From: Chiloscyllium plagiosum
Taxonomy: Eukaryota
DNA length: 27,501 bases
Direction of reading: 5' to 3'
NCBI RefSeq assembly: GCF_004010195.1
Contig: NC_057750.1
Coordinates: forward strand, 11,184,390 to 11,211,890
Shown piece by piece: positions 11,486-21,146 of this stretch. The first letter of the stretch is position 1. Every line of letters starts with the position of its first letter. The translations under genes and the position numbers were made by a program. The notes beneath the pieces were generated by a model. It saw only the letters and a program-made list of their open reading frames with translations. It did not search any database and was not told the DNA's origin.

Positions 11486-12671
11486 ATGATGCTGTCAGAC
11501 CGTCCGTTCTACGGTGCCGGCTGCCTGGCACCAGCTGCCGGGGACTTGGTGAGCAGGCTTTCTCCCCAAGCCAAGGCTGACCACCGCCCGTGGGTCCCAC
11601 TCGGCCCAGCCGGGAAAGCGCAATGGCAAGGTAATGGCTGCTGCTGGAGACGGGCCCCTCTCAAATCGGCAGAGGACAGTGGCCAGCCTGTGCAGCTTCC
11701 TGGCTGCCACCTCAGAGAGAGGTTCGAAACAGATGGCAACATGGATGCCAAGAGACCAATGGGACTAAATGGGGCTGTCCTTAGACCCACAGTGGAGCCA
11801 GAAGAAAGGCGCTGCCGTGGATCTGGTCACACGGTGGAGGCAGAGGTTAGGCTGTTTACTAAATCTGGTCCCAAAGTGGAGGAAATGGATGGGCCCGGTC
11901 CTCCAACTGACTGCACGCCAGATGCATGTGTTGGGTCATGTCATGGCACTGGTCCCACTGCAGAGGCAGGGAGTGGGCTCAATCATGGAGTTGGTCCCAC
12001 AGAGGAGGCAGGGAGTGGGCTTTATCATGGGGCTGGTCCCACAGCAGAGGCAGGGGGTGGGCTCTGTGATAGAGTTGGTCACAGAGTGGAGAAACAGTGT
12101 AGGCCGTACCATGGAGCTGATCACAAGCAGGTTGGGATCTCACAAGATCATACAATATCTGCTTCCAAAGACTGTGCAGTTAAAGAACTGACAGAATCTC
12201 ACAAACACCAATGGAGGTACCAGAACATTAAAGATGTCGAGGGGAATGTTACCACAGGAAGTGGTCCATCGGACATCCATCCACATCCAGCCTGGGAGGG
12301 CACTGTAGGGCTTGCAGACCCAGTAACTATGGAAACAGGCGCTGTGGGAGGCCAGGCCCAGTTGGGTGATGCCACCCAGGCAGAGGAGAATGTTCTTGAT
12401 GTGGACTGTGAGGAGCTCAAGGAGGCTGAGGATCACGATGATGAGTTTGGAGTGTTCGAGAAGGCGGGCAACCTGGTGCAATGGGCTGAATTTCCAGGCC
12501 CTCTGGGACTGGAGAGTGAGACTCCGCATGAGCAGAGCTACGCTGCAGCTGGATGGAATTGGGAGTCAGGCGAGGATGTGGCGACCTGCAGAATGTGGAG
12601 GCCCAGGTCTGAAAACATTGAAACCGAAACAGACATGGACGAAAGTGTGCATTCAGGAGCAAGCCTTCACG
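11486..12671 (+). CDS. Large first coding exon of an aftiphilin/CLBA1-family clathrin-adaptor-binding protein
   Basis: About 395-codon acidic, low-complexity ORF (first in-frame ATG at 11486, in-frame TAG at 11402). Contains DDEFGVF (gamma-adaptin-ear FGxF-type motif, 12437-12457) and WAEF (WxxF, 12482-12493). Donor CACG|gtaaac, phase 1. The true start is uncertain. Confidence 0.75.
11774..12151 (+). repeat. Coding tandem repeat, 42-bp / 14-aa period, about 9 degenerate units
   Basis: Core units HGTGPTAEAGSGLN, HGVGPTEEAGSGLY and HGAGPTAEAGGGLC start at 11942, 11984 and 12026. The 42-nt register holds at 11786, 11828, 11870, 11954, 11996, 12038, 12080 and 12122. Confidence 0.8.
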
Positions 12672-13159
12672 GTAAACAATGAGCACCCAAACATTGGGTT
12701 GGTACAAAACCTTGGGCTGGAGTTTGGGTTTGATGGCAGGGAGGTGGAAGAAAGCGCGGTCAGCCCAACCCCAGTGTCACATGATCTAGCATTGTTGGCC
12801 AATGAGCAACTAGGCAACAAGAATGCCACCAATTAGAGTGGTGCAGGGGAGGCTCTGGGGCAAATTGAAAATCTAGAGAAGGTTGTCTGGTTGGGGGCAA
12901 ATGTGTGGTTAGCCTAAGCTCTGGTCAGTGGTCTTGGCTGGTAAATGTAAGGCCCCCTGCCCTCTCATTCTCTTATAGATTAGAATAGTTACAGCATAAA
13001 AGGAAGCCATTCTATTCAATGAGGCTGTGCTGGCTCCTTGCAACTTAGCTCCTTCCACTCCCCCATAAATTTCCTGTAGCCCTGCAAATATTTTTCTTTC
13101 AGGCATCAAACCGATTGTCTTCTGAAAACTTTCAGACAGTCTAATCAAGATTATAACCA

Positions 13160-13690
13160 TTCATAGAGTCATGTAGCATGGAACTAGCCCTTCGGTCCAA
13201 TCAGCCGAAAGTGAGGACTGCAGATGCTGGAGATTAGAGTCAAGAGTATGGTGCTGGAAAAGCACAGCAGGTCAGGCAGCATCTGAGGAGCAGGAAAATC
13301 GACTCAGGAGGCCTCATTTTTGATGAAGGGCTTATGCCCAAAACGTCGATTTCCCTGCTCCTCGGATGCTGCTTGACCTGCTGTGCTTTTCCAGCACCAC
13401 ACTCTTGACTTCAGTCCAATCAGTCCATCCCAAACTAAACTACTCCCACCTGCCTGCCTATATCCCTTCAAACATTTCTTATTCATGCACTTATCCAAAC
13501 GTCTCTTACATGTTATAACTGTATCTTCATCCACCACTTCCTCTGGAAGTTCATCCCACAAACAAATCACTCTCTGTTTAAAAAGAAATTACCTTTCATG
13601 TCTTTTTAAAAAAATCTTTCTCCTCACAGTTTAAAAACATGCTCCTTGGCCTTGATGTCCCCATCTGAGGGAAAAGACACCTGCCATGTA
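13160..13690 (-). mobile_element. CR1 LINE 3' end, interrupted by a mini PLE hairpin at 13205-13410
   Basis: Minus-strand translation 'CLWDELPEEVVDEDTVITCKRRLDKCMN' and a CR1 tail 'catgctacatgactctatga'. Confidence 0.75.
13205..13410. mobile_element. Non-autonomous Penelope-like hairpin element (inverted pseudo-LTR halves) with 13-bp TSD
   Basis: 66-bp inverted arms at 13238-13303 and 13345-13410. Flanked by tcggtccaatcag (13192-13204) and tcagtccaatcag (13411-13423). Carries a mutated hammerhead core at 13320-13347. Confidence 0.75.
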
Positions 13691-13799
13691 CATCATCACT
13701 CACAGTGTGGAGAAAAAGTTCGACATGCTCAGTTTGATTCTTTTGCTAACAATGTTAACAACTGTGTTTTCTGGTTCTCAGGTTCTGCGCCATTGGACA

Positions 13800-14289
13800 G
13801 TTCTCTGTGTGAAAGTGTTGCCCTGTAGGTCTCTTTTATATCGTTCCTCTCTCACCCTAAACCCATGCCCTCTACATCTGGACTCCCCGATCCCAGGGAA
13901 AAGACTTTCCCTCTTTACCCTATCCATGCCCCTCATAATTTTGTAAACCTCTATAAGGTCACCCCTCTGCCTCCGATGCTCCAGGGAAAACAGCCCCAGC
14001 CTGTTCAGCCTCTCCCCAAAGCTCAAATCCTCCAACCCTGGCAACATCCTTGTCAATCTTTTCTGAACTTTTTCAAGTTTCACAACATCTTTTCGATAGG
14101 AAGGAGATCAGAATTGCACGCAATATTCTAACAGAGGCCTAACCAACAGCCGCAACATGACCTCTCAACTCCTGTACTCAATACTCTAACCAATAAAGGA
14201 AAGCATACCAAACGTCTTCTTCACTATCCTATCTACCTGCGACTCCACTTTCAAGGAGCCATGAACCTGCACTCCAAGGTCTCTTTGTT
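13800..14289 (-). mobile_element. CR1/HER1-like LINE ORF2 fragment
   Basis: ORF 13778-14083: KLEKVQKRLTRMLPGLEDLSFGERLNRLGLFSLEHRRQRGDLIEVYKIMRG. Confidence 0.9.
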
Positions 14290-14381
14290 GAGACTAAACT
14301 CCTTCAAAGTTTGGGAGAAGATTTGTAGCTCGGGTGCTCGTTGTTGTGGTTCTGTTCGCCGAGCTGGGAATTTCTGGTGCA

Positions 14382-14415
14382 GACGTTTCGTCCCCTGTCT
14401 AAGTGACATCCTCAG
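14382..14415 (-). ncRNA. Minimal hammerhead ribozyme motif in the inverted pLTR
   Basis: Minus strand reads CUGAGGA-U-GUCACUU-AGAC-AGGGGAC-GAAA-CGUC. Confidence 0.6.
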
Positions 14416-15217
14416 TGCTTGGGAGCCTCCTGTGAAGCGCTTCTGTGATGTTTCCTCCGGCATTTATAGTGATTTGTATCTGCTGCTTCCGGTTGTCAGT
14501 TCCAGCTGTCCGCTGCAGTGGCCGGTATATTGGGTTCAGGTCGATGTGCTTATTGATGGAATCTATGGATGAGTGCCATGCCTCTAGGAATTCCCTGGCT
14601 GTTCACTGCAGTACACCAGAACTGCAAAAAGAGGAAGAAGAACACCTATACAATGTATTCGCCAAAAACGGATACTCCCACAATTTCATCAACAGATGCC
14701 TAAGGGAAAGACAACGGAATGAGGACATGCCACAACCCAAAAGACTAGCCACAACCCAAAAGACTAGCTACAAACCAACAGCCACTCTCAGACAACAACT
14801 CACCAGAACAAAGGACCCGATACCCAGCATGAACAAAACCAATGTAGTGTACAAAATCCCATGCAAGGACTGCACAAAACACTACATAGGACAAACAGGA
14901 AGACAGCTAACGGTCCGCCTCCATGAACACCAACTAGCCACGAAACACATGACCAGCTGTCCTTAGTAGCCACACACGCAGATGACAAGCAACATGAGTT
15001 GCTACTATTATAGGACAAGCCAAACAGAGAACAGCCAGGGAATTCCTAGAGGCATGGCACTCATCCACAGATTCAATCAATAAGCACATCGACCTGGACC
15101 CAATATACCGGCCACTGCAGCGGACAGCTGGAACTGACAACCGGAAGCGGCAGAGACAAACCACTATAAATGCCGGAGGAAACATCACAGAAGCGCTTCA
15201 CAGGAGGCTCCCAAGCA

Positions 15218-15251
15218 CTGAGGATGTCACCTAGACAGGGGACGAAACGTC
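15218..15251 (+). ncRNA. Minimal type I hammerhead ribozyme motif in the pLTR
   Basis: CUGAGGA-U-GUCACCU(AGAC)AGGGGAC-GAAA-CGUC. Palindromic ACGU stem III, GUC cleavage triplet, 3-bp stem I (GCA/UGC). Confidence 0.65.
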
Positions 15252-15669
15252 TGCACCAGAAATTCCCAGCTCGGCGAACAGAACCACAACAAATAAACTC
15301 CTTATTTACAAAGACGAATCACAACTTGCTTTTGTTTTGTTACTGGATGCCTCTCGTCTGGGATTTTGTATTCTTTTCTAAGCACATTCCCAACCTCTCC
15401 AAACACTTCCAATATATTTTGCAGAAATAATCCTTCGGTAGCGTCTTTTCCAGTAGCTCGTTTACAATTACAGTTTTACGTTTATACTGCCTCTGTAGAA
15501 TTATTTGTCTGTCCTTGTCCTGTCTTAAGTTGCAGGACTTTCAAATTCAAATCGCATTCACGTCACCAGCCACTTGGCAGTGTAGAATTTGAGCATTGCT
15601 ATAAAATGACACATTTTGTCAAAGTCCTGCACTCACGACAATTCACAAAACAGTATCAATGTCATCGGG

Positions 15670-15810
15670 AACAAAAACAGAAGTTGATGGAAAAGCTTGG
15701 CAGGTCTGGCAGCAGCTGTGGAGAGAAATCAGAGTTAACGCTTGGGTAGCGTGACCCTTCTCATTCTGTTCTTGTCTCTGATTTATAGCATCCGCAGTTC
15801 TTTCGGTTTT
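15670..15810. mobile_element. Penelope-like pLTR remnant with rearranged halves
   Basis: 'aaaaacagaagttgatggaaaagcttggcaggtctggcagcagctgtggagagaaatcagagttaacg' followed by the opposite-strand tail 'agcatccgcagttcttt'. Confidence 0.5.
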
Positions 15811-15937
15811 CAATGTAAACGGGAACCAACATATCTGTACTGTATGACAAAAAAGATACGGATTGATTGGCAAGTGGACCCTAATTGGATTGTAATTGCT
15901 ACAGTCATTGTAATGAGAGTGTGCCAGTTAGATAAGA

Positions 15938-16263
15938 ACTGAGATAAGGTGGGGGAGGAGAAATGGGGAAGCTGGGGAAATCTACATTCATCCTGTGCTG
16001 GAGGAAGAGCGCCTCATCTTCCGCCTAGGAACCCTCCAACCACACGGGATGAATGTAGATTTCTCCAGCTTCCCCATTTCCCCTCCCCCCACCTTATCTC
16101 AGTCTCATCTTGGGGTCGAACCAGAAACTTGAGTTGTGAACAGACAGATTTACTCACAAACTCACCAGCCTCATTCCTGAAGAAGGGCTTATGCCCGAAA
16201 CGTCGATTCTCCTGCTCCTCGGATGCTGCCTGGCCTGCTGTGTTTTTCCAGCACCACATTTTT
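15938..16263 (+). mobile_element. Rearranged Neptune-type PLE 3' remnant with internal inverted repeat and pLTR
   Basis: About 60-bp inverted arms at 15938-15997 and 16044-16103, homologous to the 3' part of the element at 18835-20017. pLTR segment at 16170-16263. Confidence 0.7.
16177..16204 (+). ncRNA. Minimal hammerhead ribozyme motif
   Basis: CUGAAGA-A-GGGC(UUAU)GCCC-GAAA-CGUC: intact core, perfect 4-bp stem II, weak stem I. Confidence 0.6.
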
Positions 16264-17079
16264 CAAATCTGAAATGTATTGTCAGCATAATCCTATGCAC
16301 ACTCTGTACAACAGTAGCTAAAAAGTCTAGCACAGAATCGCATCTAAAACGTTGAAAATTGCGGTTAGGGTTTTGCAAAGACGGGCTGATTGGGTAAAGT
16401 CAGCAATCTTGTCTGTTGTAAACAGCTGAATGGGGCTGCTGTTTGATACCATCCATCCACGTTCTCTGTAATTTCTTCAAGATGCACAGACCTCAGGTCC
16501 GTGCATGAGAGCGACTGGAGAAACCGGAAGTGAATGTATCGGTGGGAGCAAGCCATCAGAATGTCTGATCTTAGTTCAAAACATACATTGCTAGGCCTAC
16601 ACACCTACTTAATGACTTAACCATTTTGCTGTGTTTTTTTTAAAGCATTTCGATCATTTTAAGGATTTGTCCAGCACACCATGTTGGCTTAGTGTGGTTA
16701 CACAGGTATTTAGCTATTATCAATTGAGGTTCCATGTCAGTGTAAATGGATTAATTTCATTGTGCAGACATCAGTTAAGTCAACAGGGAGAAGAAAAGTT
16801 GCAAACATGTACAGTACTTTTGTACCATTCCTACTTCACAAGCTGGGGGATGACCTGTGGAATGGAGAATGCAGACGAAACACTGGGAATGCCTGGTCTA
16901 AACATTGTTCCCTACTTACTGAATCCATCCCTGACCCTGGCAGGAGTTTGTGAGTAAATCTGTCTGTTCACAACTCGAGTCTCTGGTTCAAGATGAGTCT
17001 CCAATAACATCATGAAGGCCGCCTATTTCCACCACAGTCCTATGGGTTCCATTTTGCCTTGTGTACAAACATACAATTC

Positions 17080-17530
17080 AATTGTAGGAGCAGGCCATTC
17101 GGCCCCTCAACTCTGCCCCATCATGCAGTGAAATCACAACGGATTTGGTTATGGCCTCAACTCCATTTTCATGTCTTCCTTTGACTTCCTCGTCAATCAA
17201 AAATGTATCTAATGCCGGAGTTTATCACTTTCAGTGCCCTAGTCTCCACTGCTCTCTGGGGAAGAGAGCTTCACAGACTTGTAACCCTCTGAGAGACAGC
17301 TGTTCTCATCACCTCTAGATTATTTTTAAGCTATGTCCGTCAGCTCCAGTCTGGCCTACAAGGGAAGCATATGTTCGACATCTACCTATGGGGTCCTCTC
17401 AGAATGTAATGTTTCAATTGAAAACTTCTCATTCTTTTAAACTCCAACAGATAACAACCTGACCTGTTGAATCTTTCCTCATAAAATAATCCCAGGAATC
17501 AGACAAATAACCTTCTCTGAACTGATTCTA
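17080..17530 (-). mobile_element. Older CR1 LINE 3' fragment
   Basis: Tail 'gtaggagcaggccattcggcccctc' and 'ctctctggggaagagagcttcacagac', 'ctcattcttttaaactcca'. Confidence 0.6.
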
Positions 17531-17546
17531 ATGCATTTAATTATTA

Positions 17547-17830
17547 GATTAGCTACAGAATGGAAACAGGCCCTTCACCACAACAAGTCCACACTGACCC
17601 TCCGAAGAGTAACCCACCCAGACCCATTTCCCTCTGACTAATGCAGCTAACAATATGGGCAATTCGCATGGCCAATTCAGCTGGCCTGCACATCTTTGTG
17701 ACTGTGGGAGGAAACCCACACAGACACAGGGAGAATGTGCAAACTTCACACAGATAGTTGCCCAAGGCTGGAATCAAACCTGGGACCCTGGTGCTGTAAG
17801 GCAGCAGTGCTAACCACTGAGCCACCGTAC
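17547..17830 (-). mobile_element. HE1-like tRNA SINE
   Basis: Minus strand starts gtacggtggctcagtggttagcactgctgcctt (A box), then a B-box-like ggtttgattcc. Confidence 0.8.
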
Positions 17831-17964
17831 CAACGTTATGAACTGTTGAAATACGGAGAACAAACTACACTCGAGACTTGACTATTCCAAAGCATTTCCA
17901 GCTTATTTTCTACATCCCATTATCTGTAAACTTAATTTGACACAAAATTCTGCTCCTTGTGTCT

Positions 17965-18480
17965 TAACTGGTTAACACTGCTGCCTCTCAGCACCAGGGA
18001 CCCAGATTCCATTCCAGCCTCGAGGGTCTGTCTGTGTGGAGTTTGCATGTTCTCCCTGTGTCTGCGTAGGTTTCCTCTGGGTGCTACGGTTTCCTCCCAA
18101 AATCCAAAAATGTGCAGATTATGTGGATTGGCCATGCTAAATTGCCCTGTAGTGTCCAGGGATGTAGGCTGGGTAGGTTAGCCATCATTCCAGCCTCGAG
18201 GGTCTGTCTGTGTGGAGTTTCCATGTTCTCCCTGTGTCTGCGTAGGTTTCCTCTGGGTGCTACGGTTTCCTCCCAAAATCCAAAAATGTGAAGATTACGT
18301 GGATTGGCCGTGCTAAATTGCCCCTGTAGTGTCCAGGGATGTGTCGGCTGGGTAGGTTAGCCATGGGAAATTCAGGGTTACAGAGATAGGGTGGGGGGCT
18401 GAGTGGGATGCTCTTTGGAGGATTGATGCAGATTTGATGGACTGAATGGCCTTTTCCCGCACTGTAGGGATTTTATGGTT
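17965..18480 (+). mobile_element. HE1-like tRNA SINE with an internal ~176-bp tandem duplication
   Basis: Units 18010-18185 and 18186-18364 are near-identical; tail ctgtagggattttatgg. Confidence 0.8.
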
Positions 18481-18834
18481 CTGCTGTCATTCACCTGCAT
18501 TAGCTCTAGGTTATGCGATGTCTTGAAATTAAAATGCTCATTGTTTTCAAATCCCACTGCATCTCACCCCTCTCCTTCTCAGCAATTTTCACCAGGCCCA
18601 CAACCCTCTGACATATCCATGCCCCTCCAATTCTGGCCTCTTCACCAGTTGTGATATTAATCTCTATTCCACTAGCGGCTGGCTCTTCAATTGCGAAGGT
18701 CCTCATCCATGAAATTCCCTCTCTAAATCTCTCCGCCAGTCTGTCTCCATTTTGCTTATCTCCGTAAATACGCTTCTTAAATCCTACATCTGATGAATCT
18801 TTCAGTCATCTGAATCAAACTATCCTTATGTGGC

Positions 18835-20017
18835 GAGAGCGTGGTGCTGGAAAAGCACAGCAGGACAGGCAGCATCCAAGGAGCAGGAGAATTGACTTTT
18901 CAGGCATAAGCATTTCGTCAGGAATGATGCTGGGAGCCAAGGGATGGAGAGATAAATGGGAGGGAGGTGGGACTGGGGGTGCGTGGTGAAGGTAGGAGAA
19001 TGCGATAGGCGGATGGAGGTGGGGGTAAAGGTGATAGGTCGGAGGGGAGGGTGGAGCGGATAGGTGGGAAGAAAGATGGACAGGTGGGACAGGTCATGAG
19101 GGTAGAGCTGAGCTGGAAGGTTGGAATTGGGATAAGGTGGGGGGGACAGGAAATGAGGAAACTGGTGAAATCCACATTGATACCATGGGGTTGGAGGGTC
19201 CTGAGGCAGAAGATGAGGTATTCTTCCTCCAGGTGTCAGGTGGTTAGGGAGTGGTGATGGAGGAGGCCCAGGACCTGCACATCCTTGGCGGAGTGGGAGG
19301 GGGATTTGAAGTGTTCGGCCACAGGGCAGTGGGGTTGTTTGGTGTGGGTGTCCTGGAGATATTCTCTGAAACACTCTGCGAGTTACAACAGATACAGTAA
19401 ATGACATGTGTGGAAATGCAGGTGAAACTTTGATGGATGTGGAAGGTTCCTTTGGGGCCTTGGACAGAGGTGAGCAGGGAGTTGTGGCGCAGGATTTGCA
19501 GGGGATGGTGCTGAGAGGGGAGGGTGGGCTATTGAGGGGCATGGACTTGATGAGGCAGTCGCATTGTGCAGTCTTTACGAAAAGCGAATAGGGGTGGGGA
19601 GGGAAATATATCTCTGGTGGTGGGGTCCGTTTGAAAATGGTGGAGGATGATGCAATGTATACAGAGGCTGGTGAGTTGGAAGGTGAGGAACGGGGGAATT
19701 CTGTCCTTGTTGTGGTTGTAAGGGTGAGGTTCGAGGGCAGAGATGAAGGAAGTGGATGAGATGCGCTGGAGGGCATCATCAACCACGTGGGAGGGGAAAT
19801 TTCGGACTTTTGTCTTAGTTGGAGCTTGTGGTGCTGAAAAAGTGCAGCCAGTCAGGCAGCATCCGAGGAGCATAAGTCCTGATGAAGCATCCTGATGAAG
19901 AGCTTATGTCTGAAATGTCCATTCTCCTGCTCCTCGGATGTTACCTGGCCGGCTGTGCTTTTCCAGCACCACACTCTTTGACTCTGATCTCCAGCATCTG
20001 CAGTCCTCACTTTCTCC
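18835..20017 (-). mobile_element. Degenerate Neptune-type Penelope-like element with inverted pLTRs, inserted into an L2-like tail
   Basis: Minus-strand peptides RNFPSHVVDDALQRISSTS...NKDRIP...TDPTTRDIFPSPPLFAFRKD and HIHQSFTCISTHVIYC (VIY of GIY-YIG). pLTR on minus at 18835-18930 and on plus at 19890-20017. Flanks rejoin as 'ccttatgtggc|tcagtgtc'. Confidence 0.8.
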
Positions 20018-20710
20018 TCAGTGTCTTATTCATACTACATCTGTGAAGCACTCAGGATGTTAAAGGCAAACATCCCTCACTTCATGATCAGTGCTATTCC
20101 CAGCACAAGCATGATGGGCAATAGCCTGTTACTGCAAGATTCTGCAAGATGGTGTACCATGCATTCATTTCTAACATTGGAATTTGTAATGCCACTGTGG
20201 CCATTCAGGTCTAGCCCACCCTTTCATATTCATAAACTGGGTGTAAAAACATATTGCTGTGATGGCAAAATTTTACAACTAAAGGAGACCACTCAGCCCA
20301 TTCAAAGGGCTATCCAATTAGTCTAACTCTTTCACTCTTCTCCTATCACTCTCCAGGTTTTTGGTTTTAAATGTAAATGTCACAATTCCCATTCCAATTC
20401 TTCCATTGAATCAGGTCAGTGAAACAAAGAATAGATTCCCTCTTCCACTGCCCTGGCTCAATCAGCCCTAAATAAAAATAAAGTACTGCAGATGCTGGGG
20501 TTCTGACATAAAAACAGAAAATGCTGTGGAAACTCAGCAGATTTCACGGCATTTGTGGACAGCGAAACAAAATGAACATTTTGAGTCCAATATTAATCTT
20601 CTTCAGAACTCAGTTTTAGGGCAGCACAGTGACTCAGTGGTTGATACTGCTGGATTAGTGGTGCTGGAAGAGCACAGCAGTTCAGGCAGCATCCGAGGAG
20701 CTTCGAAATC

Positions 20711-20738
20711 GACGTTTCGGGCAAAAGCCCTTCATCAG
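20711..20738 (-). ncRNA. Minimal hammerhead ribozyme motif
   Basis: Minus strand reads CUGAUGA-A-GGGC(UUUU)GCCC-GAAA-CGUC, a canonical core. Confidence 0.6.
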
Positions 20739-21114
20739 GGCTTTTGCCCGAAAATCCAGAATCTGGTTTCCAGCATCTGCAGTCATTGTTTTTACCTAGT
20801 TGATACTGCTGCCTCATAGCACCAGGGGCTTGGGTTCAATTCGAGCCTTGGACGAGTGTCTGTGTGGGCTTCTTTTGGGTGCTGCAGTTTCCTCCAAACA
20901 TGTGAGGTTAAGTGGTTTAGTCATGCTAAATTACCATAATGTCGAAGAATGAGCAGACTAGATGGATTAGCATTGGGAAATCCAGGGTTACAAGGATAGG
21001 GGTCTGGGTGAGATGGTCTGTGGAGGGTCAGTGTGGCCTTGATGATCCAGATTTCCTGCTTCCATACTGTAGGGATTCTATGATATGATGATTTCCAGAG
21101 AGGAAACCAAAATT

Positions 21115-21146
21115 AACGTTTCAAGTCTATTATGACTCTTCTTCAG
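21115..21146 (-). ncRNA. Minimal hammerhead ribozyme motif (third pLTR type)
   Basis: Minus strand reads CUGAAGA-A-GAGUC(AUAAUA)GACUU-GAAA-CGUU. Confidence 0.5.

Larger units (their letters stand above)
14305..15293 (+). mobile_element. 5'-truncated Penelope-like retroelement (GIY-YIG endonuclease) with inverted pseudo-LTRs
   Basis: Internal frame ...NGYSHNFINRCL...NVVYKIPCKDCTKHYIGQTGRQLTVRLHEH (VVY-CxxC-YIG). 264-bp inverted repeats at 14341-14604 and 15029-15292. taaactcctt is duplicated at 14295-14304 and 15294-15303. Confidence 0.9.

Noticed and set aside
11942..12125. 42-bp periodic repeat as a CRISPR array
   Set aside because: Units are contiguous and in-frame with no unique spacers; no cas genes; vertebrate DNA.
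11480..12682. 400-aa single-exon gene starting at TTG 11480 and ending GKQ-stop
   Set aside because: In this eukaryotic context the first ATG is at 11486, and a donor at 12671/12672 joins in phase to a fully open exon at 22084.
12366..12836. Overlapping 156-aa alternative-frame ORF extending beyond the donor
   Set aside because: No recognisable motif; it is explained by a G-rich coding shadow. It might reflect an old exon extension but cannot be supported.
18826..19782. 318-aa Pro/Ser-rich minus-strand ORF
   Set aside because: Largely an off-frame reading of a decayed Penelope-like element; the recognisable peptides are in other frames.
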